From assembly GCA_951406725.2 (NCBI GenBank), contig OX597819.1, positions 69,006,001 to 69,070,000 of the forward strand: a stretch of DNA of 64,000 bases, read 5' to 3'. Positions 40,496 to 55,868 of this stretch are shown here, piece after piece. The DNA is from Octopus vulgaris (taxonomy: Eukaryota). The position numbers and the translations under genes are program-made. The notes under the pieces were generated by a model. The model did no database searches, was not told the origin of the DNA, and saw nothing but the letters and a program-made list of their open reading frames with translations. Each line of letters begins with the position of its first letter. Position 1 is the first letter of the stretch.

Positions 40496-42902
40496 AGAGA
40501 GAGAGAGAGAGAGAGAGAGCGCGGGATATAGAAGACAGCCTTCTTTTAGGTTATGTGTACTAAATCCACCCATGTCTTTGTTCGTCCCGAGACTATACTC
40601 ATTACTTGCCAAAGGTGTCACGCAGTGGGAATGATCCTGGAATCATATGGTTGAGAAGTAGCTTCTTACTACACATCCAGACCAGTGCCTTTTTAACACT
40701 ATTTGCGGAGTACGGCCGAGCGGTCAAGCTATTGCACAAACGATAGCAAAATCGTGGCTGTTATTGCGAGGCCGAGCGCCGCATTGTATTTGTTAGTAAA
40801 ATACTTCATCTCACCTCTCCCAAGCCACTCACCTGTAAATGAGTAACCCTGCGCCGGATTGTTGCTACGTTCAGGGGCAATGTTAGATACTATATTCATT
40901 TGCATGTGAGAGCGTGTGGCCGGGTAGTTAGAGTGCTCGGCTCACATCTAAGGTCGTGATTTCGATTCTCGGTGACCCGTTATGTCCTTGATCAACACAG
41001 CTTATTAATCGCTGCTCTCTGCCACTAAGCAGAAAAAATGCATAGTTTTCGCACTTATATGCTAATTTCACCAGTTCATTCCGTTAATATAACATTTTTT
41101 TTTTTTATAAAGCATGTAGAAATTTATATTTTTCAACGCGTAAATACTGACAGATCAGCACATATAGGATAAAACCCTTTAAGAGCAGAAAAGATTGTCG
41201 GCAACTAGCCATGTGGATCGAACTCCCACCCCTTTAATATCCGGTCAGAGTCCTCCAACTTTAAGCTGAACTGTCGACCGACAAATTCGTCGGCAATTTT
41301 AGAAATTATAAAGTCACTCAGAAACGCTATTAATAATTTCACTAGGAACGTACCAGCTTATATTGCTACGGAAACAAGGTAACCAGACATATGAGTCACA
41401 CTTCCTTAATTTGACTCAACTAACAAGTTATTTTATTTTTCTTTCTTAACACTCATCGCTACACAGCTAGTTCACACACCCCAAATCTTAATATTTTATT
41501 TAACTTTGTCAAACAAGATTTAAAATTTTCTGTGTGTACGTGAGTTCACGCAGTGTTGTTCAAAGTTAATACCTATAAATACACCATCACTCACTAACCA
41601 GCTACATGAGACATACATAGCGCAATTCTCTGAGTCTAGTTCATCGCCAGTTTTGAAAATACCAATGCTAACCGGGTAAGAAAGTGTTTGGTGGTTGGGC
41701 AGCGACGGCGAATCTTTAAATACCAACAATAAAGCGTATTTTAAGAATCTATTTTGAAATAATCTCTAGTTTGAAAGCAGTAGATTGTTTTCTCTCTTCT
41801 TCCCTCTCTTTCGTAAAAACACAAATCCACTACATATGTACGTATATACGTATGTGGTATGTTGACACACGCATAGAGACACAGAGTGAGAGAGAAAACA
41901 ACATGAAAGAAAGAGATAAATATTCGAATGATGAGCAAGATTGCCTATGTATAAGTCTATATATTCCGTGTGCATTTTCTCCTTTATGCATATGAGTTAA
42001 ATATTTTCATTTATGTGTGCAGCTATATGTATATACAACCATCAATATAAATAGATAGATAGATAAATAAATAGATAGATAGATAGCTATATACGTATAC
42101 ACACATACACACACACATATATATATACATGTGTATACATATACATGGATGTTTTTTTTTCTCTTAACTTGTTTGTTTCGTAATGGAATTGAAATGCATA
42201 TTTAATCATAAAACATTAAAGATATAAGCAGAAGAAACGAATCTATTCCTAAACTAAAACACGCCTCCTTCATTCCACCAATTCCCTTGCCGCAGAAATC
42301 TAAGGTGAGATTCACAAATCACATTATATGTCACTCCTGTTGGCAATGTAGTAGAAAGTAGGTGAACACCGTTTCAACGATCATTGAGAAGTGACAAAAA
42401 ACCCAAGTAAACAAATTTTATGCATTTTCCTAATTATTTTCCTCATTAATTATTTAAGTATGTCACTCATTTAAAAAAAGATTAAAAAAGAAACAAATGA
42501 TAAATTAGTTCTAATTACAGATATAGTAATGACGATTTCCTTTCAACCGACTCAGAAATAGTAAATCTTAATTCCTGAATATTTTTAAACTGCTAATTGC
42601 ATTTAACGAAAATTTTGTCTTACATTGTCACAAAGTATTATTATTGTAATTAGTATAGTTTAGTAAAACCTAACAAGCAAACATTAAGATTACAACTTCC
42701 GCTATTAAACAAGGGATGAAATATACTTAAAAATAATTAACTTGTAATAAAGTTTCGTAAAAAGTTAAAGTATCTCATTAACCATTCATCTAGTAATTGG
42801 TTACATATTAATGTAATTAACTTCCTATTGAAATGTTTATGAATGCGGTGTGCATAATTGAGCTAATATTTAATTAAAACAATGAAAATTAGAAACCTTA
42901 GG

Positions 42903-43250
42903 TAGCGGGTTGGCAGAATCGTTACGCAGCCGGTAAATTGCTTAGCGACATCTCGTCCGTATTTACGCTCAGTGTTCAAATTACGCCAATATGGACTTTG
43001 TTTTTGATACCCTTAGAGGTCAATGAAATAAGTACCAGTTGAGTACCGGGGTTGAAGCAATCTAATCGCCCCCCTTCTCCATATTTGCTGGCCTTCTGCC
43101 AAAATTTAAATCAATATTAAATGAAATTTAGAAAACCGAGAGAGCGAACTAGCGTTCAAATACCGCCAAGGTTGACCAAACCTTTCTTCCTTTCGGGGTC
43201 AAATAAAGTAAGTAACGGTATAACACCGGGTCCATGTAATTGACTCACTC
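42903..43250 (+). mobile_element. Degenerate SINE family B copies
   Basis: ttggcagaatcgtta...gttcaaatt...aagtaccag, plus a second partial copy at 43152-43250. Confidence 0.65.
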
Positions 43251-43679
43251 CTCCTAGACCTCAAACCAATATATAATTAAAATAGGCATTTATGATGCAT
43301 ACCTAATACATGCAAAGTATCGATATCCGGGTTACTGCAGTATACATCTTGAGATAGCATGTCTGGACGACGATTTGTGTTTTATCACAACAACTATCAA
43401 GAAGCGTAAAATGTCATCATAGCAGCAGCCAACAAGTCTGCCTCATGTATTTCGTTCTTCTTGATCCTTTTTAATGGCGACTACGGAAATGATTCTGAGC
43501 AATTTAAAGTTAATATAACCTTAATAGCGTATACCGGTAGAATAAGTACTAGGCTTACAAAGAATAAGTCCTACGGTTGATTTGATCGACTAAAGGCGGT
43601 GCTTCAGCATGGCCGCAGTCAAATGACTGAAACAAGTAATAGATTGAAAGTAGATATATTATATACATAGAGAGAGAGA

Positions 43680-43711
<32 letters not shown>

Positions 43712-44134
43712 ATTAAGAGATAACACCTCCATAAATTATTTCAATTAATACTGAAAGATATATAAATTTGAATATATTATTATTAACGTTGTACTAACAA
43801 TGTCTACACATTAAAACGATTTTCTTATTAATATCGTGCTAAAATTCTATACTAAATAATATATATTAAAAATACACATTAAAACTACGACGCACGTTCC
43901 GTGACTATGTATACGGATCTACCATATCAAAATCGATAATCAGAACTTAATATTTCTTTGATTGAACGATACAAATCCACTCTTCAGGTTTCAAATCATA
44001 AAATAAATTTACTACATAGATAAAAACGCTATAATTATACTATACTTTATAAATAATTTATAACATTTAACAATATTAAAAAAAGGTATGAACATGACTT
44101 GTAGATGTAGAGCTATTTTTTTTAGGCAGAATGC

Positions 44135-44280
44135 TATATATGTAGGATTCCAATACCTTATGAGTAAAATCCAGAATAAAGCATTGGAATCTTACATTGT
44201 GTATAAACTCTATATTTGGAATGACCCATTTTATATTCTGTTGGATTTTACTCATAAGGTATTGGGATCTTACATATATA
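44135..44280. repeat. Inverted repeat with ~39-bp arms
   Basis: tatatatgtaggattccaataccttatgagtaaaatcca / tggattttactcataaggtattgggatcttacatatata. Confidence 0.75.
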
Positions 44281-44407
44281 CCACTCTGCCAAGCAAATAG
44301 CACTACATCTTCAATATACCTATTAATCACGCATCTAATTCCTTTCCTCCACCTCATTATTTTGTATCCTATCTAAATTAACTATTACTTAACCATCCTC
44401 TCACACC

Positions 44408-44459
44408 GTCTCCGATGAAGGGATATAATTAATAAATGTACTGGAAACAGCTGTAAGAC
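44408..44459 (+). ncRNA. Hammerhead motif (CCGAUGA core)
   Basis: GUCU-CCGAUGA-...-GAAA-CAGCUG-UA-AGAC. Stem I is 4 bp, stem III is palindromic, stem II is decayed. Confidence 0.65.
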
Positions 44460-44700
44460 CTTCTATCTATAAATGTTCTAATATCTATACAACCGTGTTT
44501 TTTTTTATCTCATTACGCAAAAAATTCTTATATACACACGCTGACATATAACCAACTTTGAACCCCTTATTCGCAAAGTTGCCAAACCTGGAACTTAACT
44601 ATGATCTGTCTATAGTACTTATTCAGCATTACCTGATATCTTTGGGTCTCAATGAAAACATTACCTCTTATAACCTCAATATATATACATATATATATAT

Positions 44701-44965
44701 TGCGTGTTGTGTTCTCGAGCATGGCACTTTATTTCACGTTGCTCCAGTTCACTCAGCTGTAGAAATGAGTTGCGACGTCACAGGTGCCAAGCTGTATCGA
44801 CCTTTGTCTTTCCCTTGGATAACACTGGTGGCGTGGAGAGGGGAGGCTGGTATGCATGGGCGACTGCTGGCCTTCCATAAACAACCTTGCCCGGACTTGT
44901 GTCTAGGAGGGTAACTTTCTAGGTGCAATCCCATGGTCATTCATGACCGAAGGGGGTCTTTACCC
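44701..44965 (+). mobile_element. SINE family A, headless
   Basis: Matches 13933-14152. Confidence 0.8.
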
Positions 44966-45100
44966 ATTTTATATATATATATATATATACATACATATAA
45001 ATAGGTATATGCATAATATATATATATATGTATGTATCTATCTCGCTATCTAGCTATATATATATATAATATATATATATAAATATATATATATATGTAT

Positions 45101-45166
<66 letters not shown>

Positions 45167-45230
45167 TATATATAATATATATATATATAATAATAATATA
45201 TATATATATATAATATATATAATAATATAT

Positions 45231-45286
<56 letters not shown>

Positions 45287-45777
45287 CACATATGACGCTA
45301 TGAAATAACTGTCAACAGAGAAGTAAGACATTGAAAATACATTAAAGCTATTTATACGGAGATATTCTGCAAAAACACAATACATCTTCGAACAGATATT
45401 GGCACAGCGTTTTCCAATATCTATCAAACTCATGTAACGTAGCATCAGCGGAACAACTACAAATGCCGCCATATTTGTATAGCCCAAATATAACTTGTTA
45501 ATCAAAAGATCAGTGCTTTTCGTATTAGCATTTATATATCATCATTCCTGAAAACACGCAATTCGTTCTAGCACGTATATAAAGTACCTGATGGATAAAA
45601 TGTGACATCTTTCTTCGGCGATTATTCCCAGTTGTTTTTCGGAAATAATTTCCTTTATGGAAAAGTCGGACGATATAGGTGTGTTATTTTTACTGCCAAA
45701 CAAATTGCTTCCACAATAAGATATACGTGTGTACGCGATTTGTTTGTATGTTTGTATATATTACATATATATATATA

Positions 45778-45827
<50 letters not shown>

Positions 45828-45902
45828 TATATATAAAAACACATATATATATGTATTTGTGCCAATATATAACCCTATATGTGTGTATGAGTGCCTGTAT
45901 GC

Positions 45903-45944
<42 letters not shown>

Positions 45945-45968
45945 ATGTGTGTATGTGTATCTATAATA

Positions 45969-46037
<69 letters not shown>

Positions 46038-46123
46038 GTATATATATATATATGAATGTATTATAGATACACATACACACATACACACACATACATATAT
46101 ATATTTGTATTTTTATATATACT

Positions 46124-46182
<59 letters not shown>

Positions 46183-47570
46183 CGGCTCAGACGCACCCAG
46201 CCCCACAGTATGTGTGAGCTCGTCCGTGCGTTGCTGTATCTTTATATGTTCGTATAGGTGGGCATGTGTATCTGAGTGAATGTAACAAATTACTTGGTTA
46301 TTGATGGACCTAAATTTCAGCTGGGGCCATTCAACATGCCAAAATTCAATCTCCACAAAATACAGAAATTATGCAACGAGATAAAAACAATTATGACCCC
46401 TACCCCTCTTTGCTGGCACATGCATCACATCAGCCAATCTCATTATATGACTGATCTTGCTCCACAATTCCTCAGGTTTACTTGACATTTCAACTGCACG
46501 CAAAAACTGAACAATACATTTGTTCTCAAGAAATCAAGAGATAACAGTTTTTTCCCATATCTTATAACCCGAAAAAGTGAGCCAACGTGCACGTCTCAGA
46601 CTGGTCGCTCTATATGCTAGAAAACGCAGCAATGGTTGCCGTAATTTCGCTCTATTTGTCTTGAGAATAGGAAGAGAGTATGAGATCATGCAATCGTAGG
46701 CACCATAAACATTATGGCTATTCATTCAAAGTTTCATTACCTCGATTCTTGTGGCACTTTGTATCCTTGGGTGAAAAACTTTATTTCACTTTGATCCAGT
46801 CCACTCAGCTATCAAAAATGAGTAGTGCCTGCATTTCAAAGAACCACGCTTGTCTCATTGTTTCTTACGCTCAATTTCCCTGAGAATTATGTCGAGGATA
46901 TGCGTCTCTGTTGTGTGTGGAGGGTACGCGTCTCAGCCATCTTCACGTTGATGTCACAAGTAAGCTATTTTTTTAAAATCGGTCAGCTAAAATCTCATCG
47001 TCGTATTTGACGGAGTGCTAGTTACCTCTAATCTAGGACCACATGATCAGGTCTGACTCGGAGCTTAACATTTGCATCTACCTGCACTTCACGAGTTAGA
47101 AATTAACGCACCTCTGCATGGTCGTCTCATCCTGCTAAATATTAGCTGATCACTCTCCTGTAGATCACAAGGAGAGGTTTTAAGCAAGGTTGGGTACATT
47201 CAGTTATGCAAGAGAAGAAAGATTATCTAAAAGAAAAATAATACGATAATGACTTTAGCGTTATTAATGATGGGTTGTGTCTCTCTAATTTAAACTTCAG
47301 CTAATGAGAAATGAAAACAACAAGAATTCACGAATGAGCTCTTAAATACGAAAAGCAATGACACAGACATACTGCTGGACGTTTTATAATGTATGTTTCA
47401 ATGCTAAGCAAATTTTTTGGATGTATAATTCTCTGTAACTACTTTTACATTTTCTGGGCGTTCAGCACCTGTGTTGTTATTAGAAACGTCTCTAGAAAAT
47501 TATCAATTTTAAATCTCACAACGTGAGATATTCAGCAACAATACTTTGTAGTAAGTATTGTTTGCCAACA

Positions 47571-47777
47571 TAACATGGCAGTCCTGGTTTAGGACGAATG
47601 TTGCTGTACTTTAGCCCCAGGAGACATCGTGTCCAGCTAGCTATATGACACGATGTGTAATCCTTATATATGTTCGAAAATATAAGGGCAAACATCGTGT
47701 CATATAGCCAGTTGGATACGATATCTTCTGGGGCGAAATTACAGCAACATAAGTCCTAAACCAGGACTGCCATGTTA
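47571..47777. mobile_element. Fold-back MITE
   Basis: TAACATGGCAGTCCTGGTTTAGGAC ... GTCCTAAACCAGGACTGCCATGTTA. Imperfect ~98-bp arms with a short spacer and TA at both ends. Confidence 0.85.
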
Positions 47778-48781
47778 TCTTTACTAGAAAGGCCTATATA
47801 TTAACATTTCTCTTATCTAATACCCACCCAAATCCTGTATCGTTGCTTTTATCTCTCTTTCCTATGATATGTATCTGAGTATTTTCTATTTCTTTTCCTC
47901 AAATCTTAGGGCGTTTAATGCCAGTTTCCCGTTTTTCATCGAGATCAGAACAAAGCCCCGAAAGTCGCTGAGTCCAAGGAGGAAGCAAATTTATTACATT
48001 GAATCTTATATTTGATTGATACTTTGTTTTATCGACCCCGAAAAGACGAATGGCAAAGTCAACCTAGGTGGAAGTTTAACTCCGAACGTAAAGAAACGGT
48101 TTAAAATGTTGCATTTCTTCCGATGTGCTAACCATTCTGCCACCTCACCGCCTTTTTATATGCGCCTGTAGCTTAAAAAATCTACATCTAACGATTTGAA
48201 AGTGGTCGCCAACAGTCCTGCATCTTTTTATTGAAGTCCTCTAGTCCTTGAGGGACATTGGAACTGTTCATACTACTCGACGTATTTAGTCTAAACGTAT
48301 GGTTTCGCAATAGCACGTCAGTTTTTGAGGACACTTTCATCGATATTCATCAGTTTTGGAAGACGTACAAATAACAAAAAGAAAAAAAACATCGTTTCTC
48401 CTTTAGCTTTTATTTCTTTTGATCGTTGGATTGCAGCCATGCAGGGACATTGTCTTCGATAGTTTAATCGAGTACATAGACAACAGTATAATCTCTTAAG
48501 TTTAGGACTTATTCTATCGTTCTCCCATACTGAACTGCCAGGTTATAGAGACGGAAACTTTGGAGAGACAAGCGCAATGACACATATATACACACACACA
48601 TATAAGTATATATAGTACATATATACATAGGTATATATATATATATATGTACGTATGTATGTGTATATATATATGTGTGTGTGTGTGTGTGTTTATATAT
48701 ATATATATGTATATATGTATATATGTACGTATGTATGTGTATATATCATATGTGAATATATATATATATATATATATATAA

Positions 48782-48816
<35 letters not shown>

Positions 48817-48995
48817 TGTATAGACTAAAATCCCTAGCCCGGGGCAAAAGTGAAATAAATTTGCCCAATGTACCGCGCACGGGGACTGAAATCGAGGCTG
48901 TGCGGTTGGGAAACAATCCACTTAACAGACAACCGTGTCTGCCTCTCTTCCCACCAATGTACCATACTCCTGTTATACTCTACTACTACTACTAT

Positions 48996-49041
<46 letters not shown>

Positions 49042-50343
49042 GCTACTACTACTGACATCCTACACAACAGCGGAATCCCCTCTCGACAGATTGGTCTGAG
49101 GTCCTTAGTGAAAATTTGAAAATCAAACGTGATACTTTTCATTCATCATTTAGTCCCGCTTCCTTAGTGGTGAATACCGTATGGAACGGCTTAATCCTGT
49201 TGTACACCACTTAAGGTACATGTTATATCTGTCACTCCGGCCCCATTGCCTCGTCTTTTTCCTCTCACAAACTCGGTTATTTTGTATCCCCCACTTGCCC
49301 ATGTCTTCTCTTACAACTGTCAACCGACAAGTATTAAAGTGAAACATTGACAGCGTCCATAACTGTGCCGAAGGAATATCGAAGTTCATGGAGGCAGCAT
49401 TGTCCTCCAGGCTAAATATCATGTTTGGTCTTTTAAAATCATTTATCCTTTGCACCTGCGAGTAAACGAGCGTGATTTCATTTGAATACATCCATGGAAG
49501 ATGCAACATGTTGGGGCGGGGAATGTGTTTTTGTTTTACAGCCGAAGACAAATAATGTTTCTGTCAATTAACCAGCCCGAAACACAATAACTGAGCTTGC
49601 TTCCTCCATGGGTATTATCAAACGAAATCACCAGCCCTGGAGTGTACTCGCTGGTTCAAACGGAGAATGTGTGATTTGATCCAGTATTTCAATATTAGAA
49701 ATAATTTTTACATTAGGAAACGAAATTGATGAGGTTTTCTTTGAGATTCACTTCAATACGATGTTCCGGTGCTTCAACAGTAATTATTTTATTGGGCTCT
49801 GAAAAAAGGAAAGCTAAATAAGTCGAGGTTTGGTTCAAGTTGCAATTAATTACTGCTAGAATTTTGTTCAGCGCGTACGGCCTAATATATCGTCAGCTCA
49901 TCAGCGAAATCACATGTCCAACACATCAAGCATTTCCAACACTGTCTCGCAGAATTAAAATTGTATATGTCATGAGGTAAGAGCCTAGACTTTTAGTGTG
50001 TTCATGTTTCTAGAGAGATTAAATTGATAAATGATTTATTATGAGTTATAAATGCCAGCAAAACTGTGAATAATGTGTTGAATAAGTAACAAAAATAATG
50101 CGGTGACGAAAATTTGGACTGATGGGGGAGACTTTAATTTGTAGCAGTGTGTTCCATATTAGGAGCTGTATGGCTGGAGACGTCGTCAGTAAGTTTTAGT
50201 ATTTGTAACAATGTTTGGATCATATGAAGTGGGATAAAAGACTATGTGGGCTAGATCGAGCGATGTAGGAGATAACGAGTACATAGACAAAATTTAAAGT
50301 CAGGGTAAATGGACACACGCACACACACACATATGTATGTATG

Positions 50344-50400
<57 letters not shown>

Positions 50401-50402
<2 letters not shown>

Positions 50403-50594
50403 ATGATAGACCGTTAGCTCCTACACGCATTTTTTCTCTCCTTGTTTCTTTTCTGTGTATCTTTCTGTCGAAGAGCGTAGGCTCGAAACGTAAAAGACTT
50501 GTTCTATTTCTATTCCTGAGCGCCATACTAATACATTCGTTTGTTTGTACTCCACCTGCCTTCGTCTTTTGTTTATTTTCGTAAACCTTCCCGT

Positions 50595-50595
<1 letters not shown>
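50401..50595 (+). mobile_element. Hammerhead-bearing element within (TA)n (family M1; hammerhead 50460-50497)
   Basis: UCUUU-CUGUCGA-A-GAGC(GUAG)GCUC-GAAA-CG-UA-AAAGA. (TA)n on both sides. Confidence 0.78.
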
Positions 50596-50626
<31 letters not shown>

Positions 50627-50749
50627 CACACAACATTACATATATCAAAATTGGCAAAGTTGAGGAAAGTGAAAGACAATTGCAGAGAGAATGGAGACCA
50701 GTAGGAAATTCACATGGGTGCAATACATTTACCTATTTATCGCCCACAC

Positions 50750-51175
50750 TGTGCTACACATAGAAGGGACAAGCAAGGACAAGCAAACGGATTAATTCGA
50801 TTAGATCGACCCCAGTGCACATATGGTACTCATTTAATTGACCCTGAAAGGATGAAAGATAAAGTCGACCTCGGCGGAATTTGAACTCAAAACGTAACAG
50901 TAGACGAAATACCGCTAAGCATTTCGACCGGCGTCCTAACGATTCTGCCAGCTCACCGCTTTATGTATGCAATATGTTGATTTTAAATTTTGTGACAATG
51001 CCAGATATTTCGGGGGAGGAGGTAAGTCGATTAAATCGACCCCAGTTTTCAACTGGTACTTACTTGTATTAACCCCAGAAAAAATAAAATGCAAATCGAA
51101 CCATGGAGGAATTTGAGCACAGAACATGATGACAGACGAAAGAATTTTGGTGAACGTTCTAAAGAATCTGCCATC
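50750..51175 (-). mobile_element. Two SINE family B copies
   Basis: gaaaggatgaaagataaagtcgacctcggcggaatttgaactc ... gattctgccagctc. Confidence 0.75.
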
Positions 51176-51934
51176 TCCCCACTTTGTGGACAAAATATAT
51201 TGCGGAGCTGCAGATAAAGGAAAAATATTTATTAGTGTGAGGTGGGGAGAATATTATAAGAGTAAGAACCAAACGCATCGAGATGGGCAAGGATGTCACG
51301 TTCTATGTGAGAAAAAGTACAGAAGAAAACTAAAAAAAATCGCTATTAGATCTGGAAGAGTAAACAAGCACAATGGCTATAAGCTTTGCAAGGTTAAAGT
51401 TATACTGACTGTTGACCAAAAGACTTTGTGAACAAAATATTTTCTCTGATTTGTGAATAGACCGACTGGGAATATATTTCAGATACATCAATAGAGATCG
51501 AAGTGAGAAACCAACTTTTAATTGAATAATCAAAGAACTATTAGAATATTTCTATAAAATATCCAACAAGTAGAGAAAAACTGTATCCATGCAAGTGTCG
51601 ATAGTTTAAGCTTATGTGATCAAAGATAAATACGAAAGCAAAGATAGGCAAGTGTTTGAGGAGAGTAAATGGATTCGTTGCTTTTATGACTTTCTAAAAG
51701 ATAATATCAACGTAAAAGAAATAAATACAACCTTGAATTGAATCTTGGTTATGTTCTGAGGAAGTCTACCTCTTAATCGATACGGTGATACGATGTGATC
51801 GGTCTCTGATTTTGATATACATATATGCTTACATAGAACCATACATTCATAAATAAATACATCTACCAATCGGTCTATCTATCTATCTATTTATCTAGTT
51901 ATCGTGTGTGTGCGTTTGTATATATATATATGCA

Positions 51935-52243
<309 letters not shown>

Positions 52244-53024
52244 TATATATATATACATATATATATATACATGTGGCTAAATTTTTGTTACGTTTTTGAT
52301 CCCCTAAAGAAAACAGATAGAACATGAGTTCTATGTTATGTCCCAAAAAGTTTTTTTATCTCACTATACTTTTTATCATATATTTTTTCATATTTTTATA
52401 TTTTCACACATAATAATTTTTCTGTACTTTTCTATCCTGCATTTTTTCCTGTGCCTACATAGACGTGTATATAGATTCATTTATACACGTGTGTGAATAT
52501 GTATGAGTGGGCAATTTTTAGCTGTGTGCGTGTGTGCGGGCATAAGAATGCACATATATATATATAGACGTTTTTACTTAGTATTTTTCAAAAAGTTTTT
52601 TTGGTGGCGACATATGTATATTCAAATTTTGTATATGCGTGTGTATGTATGCGTATATAAATATGTGCGGGTATGTACATATTTGGGCGTGTGTGTGTAT
52701 GAGTGCATAGGGGCTTATCCGTATATGTACGTGGTTTTTATGCTTTGTATACTTCCTTATTATATATATTTTTTCTGTTATCTTTAACCATGGTTTTTCT
52801 TGTGTTTGTGTGTATATAGACGTATGTATGAACTTTTACGGTACGCATGTGTGTGTGTATGAGGTTGTATATATATGCGTATATATTTGGCGAAAAATGC
52901 GAGTAAAGATGTGTACGTTTTCATAGTGACGTATAAGTACGTACGTGGGTTCGCGAGCAGAATTATAATACAGTAATTTCCCTTTATATAACGGTATTTT
53001 TTCATAGCGTTATTCAGATAGCCA

Positions 53025-53085
53025 GATAACCGAAGAGATGGTGTTGTGGATTTCCACTTCGGCATCTGAAACTCAGAGTTTTACC
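53025..53085 (+). ncRNA. Hammerhead motif in a pLTR-like fragment ending at (TA)n (~53189)
   Basis: GAUAA-CCGAAGA-GAUG...CAUC-U-GAAA-CUC(A)GAG-UU-UUACC. Confidence 0.55.
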
Positions 53086-53185
53086 TTGACTATTGAGTAA
53101 TGTAACATATTATTTTATAGATAAATTTCCTCTATTTACATAATATTGAGGTCTCTTTCTTTCTTTTGTTATCTTACCGTTTTTA

Positions 53186-53220
<35 letters not shown>

Positions 53221-53852
53221 TTTATAGGTGTATGCTCACGTGCATGTATCTTTCTAGTGTCAAAGATTTTCAGAAAAGCGTCATGGAATATAAGCCTCCA
53301 CGCGCGGACAATCAAACGCAAATTTCGCAAATACAGCACAAATTCACCAAAAATAAGCGGTCAAACACGCAGTATGTGTATGTAATTTTAACTTTCTGGG
53401 CATTTTCTCGAGGAAATAACTATCTCTCAATACGCATCACCATATGGTTGGCCAGCTTGAAACAGTTACTCTTTAAACCTAATAATTTTTAGGTCAGTTT
53501 CTGAAAGAAACGTTTGTTTCATAAGAGTGAAAAATAAACATTTGAGGTTATAACCTTGATATACTGGAAACTAGGATTATTACAATGTACAAAGTAACAT
53601 ACGGTTAACAAACAAAGAGATTAGACCTACAACAAGAGCTGGATAGGTTGAATATCAAAACATCGAGATCAAATATGATGTTTAAGTTATTGTAACACAG
53701 AATGGGGTGAGCTGTGTTCTGTATTCAAAAATAACTTCATCGCAAAGCGATGTACAATAATTCAATAATACTATGATAGTACATGAGGTCATTTAATCGG
53801 TTTGGACATAATTCTTAAATTACTCACTAAAATGCTCAGTTACCTTATATAT

Positions 53853-54760
53853 TCTTTTCCACTCTACGCACAAAGCTCGAAATTTTTGGGGAGGGAAGCA
53901 GTCGATTAGAGCGACCCCGAAAGAATAAAAAGAAATGTCGACCTTTTTTTAATTTAAACTCAGAATATAAAGACAGACGAAATACCTATTTCTTTACTAC
54001 ACACAAGGGGCTAAACTCAGAGAGGACAAACAAGAACAGAAAAACGGATTAAATCGATTATATCGACCCCAGTGCGTAACTGGCACTTATTTAATCGACC
54101 CCGAAAGGATGAAAGGCAAAGTCGACCTCGGCAGAATTTGAACTCAGAACGTAACGGCAGACGAAATACCGCTAAGCATTTCGCCCGGCGTTCTAAAGTT
54201 TCTTATTTCTTTATTGTCTATAAGAGGCTAAACATAGAGGGGACAAACAAGGACAGACAAACGTATTAAGTCGATTATATCAACACCAGTGCATAACTGG
54301 TACTTATTTAATCGACCCCGAAAGGATGAAAGGCAAAGTCGACCTCGGTGGAATTTGAACTCTGAATGTAGCGGCAGACGAAACACCGCTAAGCATTTCG
54401 CCCGGCGTGCTAAAGTTTCTGCCAGCTCGCCGCTTTAGTTAGCACATATCTTTTCTAATGTAGGCACAAGGCCCGAAACTCTTGGGGAGGGAGCCAGTGG
54501 ATTAGAGCAACTCAAGTACGCAACTGCTACTTAATTTATCTGTTTCTTCATTGCCCACAAGGGACTAAGCATAGAGGGGACAAACAAGGACAGACAAACG
54601 GATTAAGTCGATTACATCGACCCCAATGCGTAACTGGTACTTAATTTATCAACCCGTGAGGATGAAAGGCAAAGTCGACCTCGATGGAATTTGAACCCAG
54701 AACGTAAACACAGACGAAATACTGCTCGGCGTACTAATGATTCAGCCAACTTGCCGCTTT
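53853..54760 (-). mobile_element. Nested or tandem cluster of about five SINE family B units
   Basis: Unit 3' ends near 53853, 53988, 54204, 54450 and 54542, all in the same orientation. Confidence 0.85.
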
Positions 54761-55702
54761 CGTTATCACATGTATAATGAAATTATGACATCAAAAATAT
54801 ATTTATGGAAATTAAACGAAAATATTTTGCAAAATTCGTAAAGAACAATAAAATTTCTGTATTATTAAATTGTGGTAGTCCGAATATTTAATGTGAAATG
54901 GGTGTTTATTTGATACTAGTTATTTCATCGATACTTAGGTGGAAATTTGTGAGATTTAGCCATAAGTTGCCCACGATCTTCCAGATTTAGTTGGCAATTA
55001 ACTCAACTCAACATCATTAATGGTCAAAATCGTTTCACGTGTTTCTCGGCGGTTTTAAGAGCCACAGGGGTCAAAGACCGACCAGTTTGATAGCCACTGG
55101 CTAATAGGATATCCGTTTTTGATGTGTGTGTAGTGTATTTAAACGGATCGTACATGGGTCTTAGTATTACAGGCATCCCCGTGTTACGGCTACTCACGTT
55201 ATGCGATGTTGCGTTTGAGGAAATTGCAAAGTATGATAATTCATTTCGGGATACGGTCTGTAATTTCGCTTTCACGGGAACTTGGATTGCGTCGTTTTAA
55301 ACTGTTAACAATTTAAAACTACACTTTCATCTTAACCCAATGGCTACTTGCGTTTTAGCTCAGATCAAAGTATATAGTTAACGATTTGAAGAAAAACAAC
55401 ATCACATTACTCACATATATACAAACACATATACACTTGTATATGTAATGCACATAATGTAAGTATGTATGTATATACGTGTATGTATGCATGTATGTAT
55501 ATATATATATATATATATAGATATATGTATATATATATATATACATATATATATATGCATATGGATATATGACTACATATACACATATACATATATACAT
55601 ATATATAAACATACATATATACATATATATATACATACATGCATGTATGTATGTGTGTATATATATATATATATTATTATTATTATTATTATAACATATA
55701 TA

Positions 55703-55740
<38 letters not shown>

Positions 55741-55776
55741 CATGCATGTATGTGTATATATTTATATATATAAATA

Positions 55777-55819
<43 letters not shown>

Positions 55820-55827
55820 CATTATTA

Positions 55828-55868
<41 letters not shown>

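Noticed and set aside
41190-41285. tRNA gene on the minus strand, and other tRNA-like heads in the window
   Set aside because: Cloverleaf pairing is poor and the heads continue into repeat bodies; these are SINE heads, not tRNA genes.
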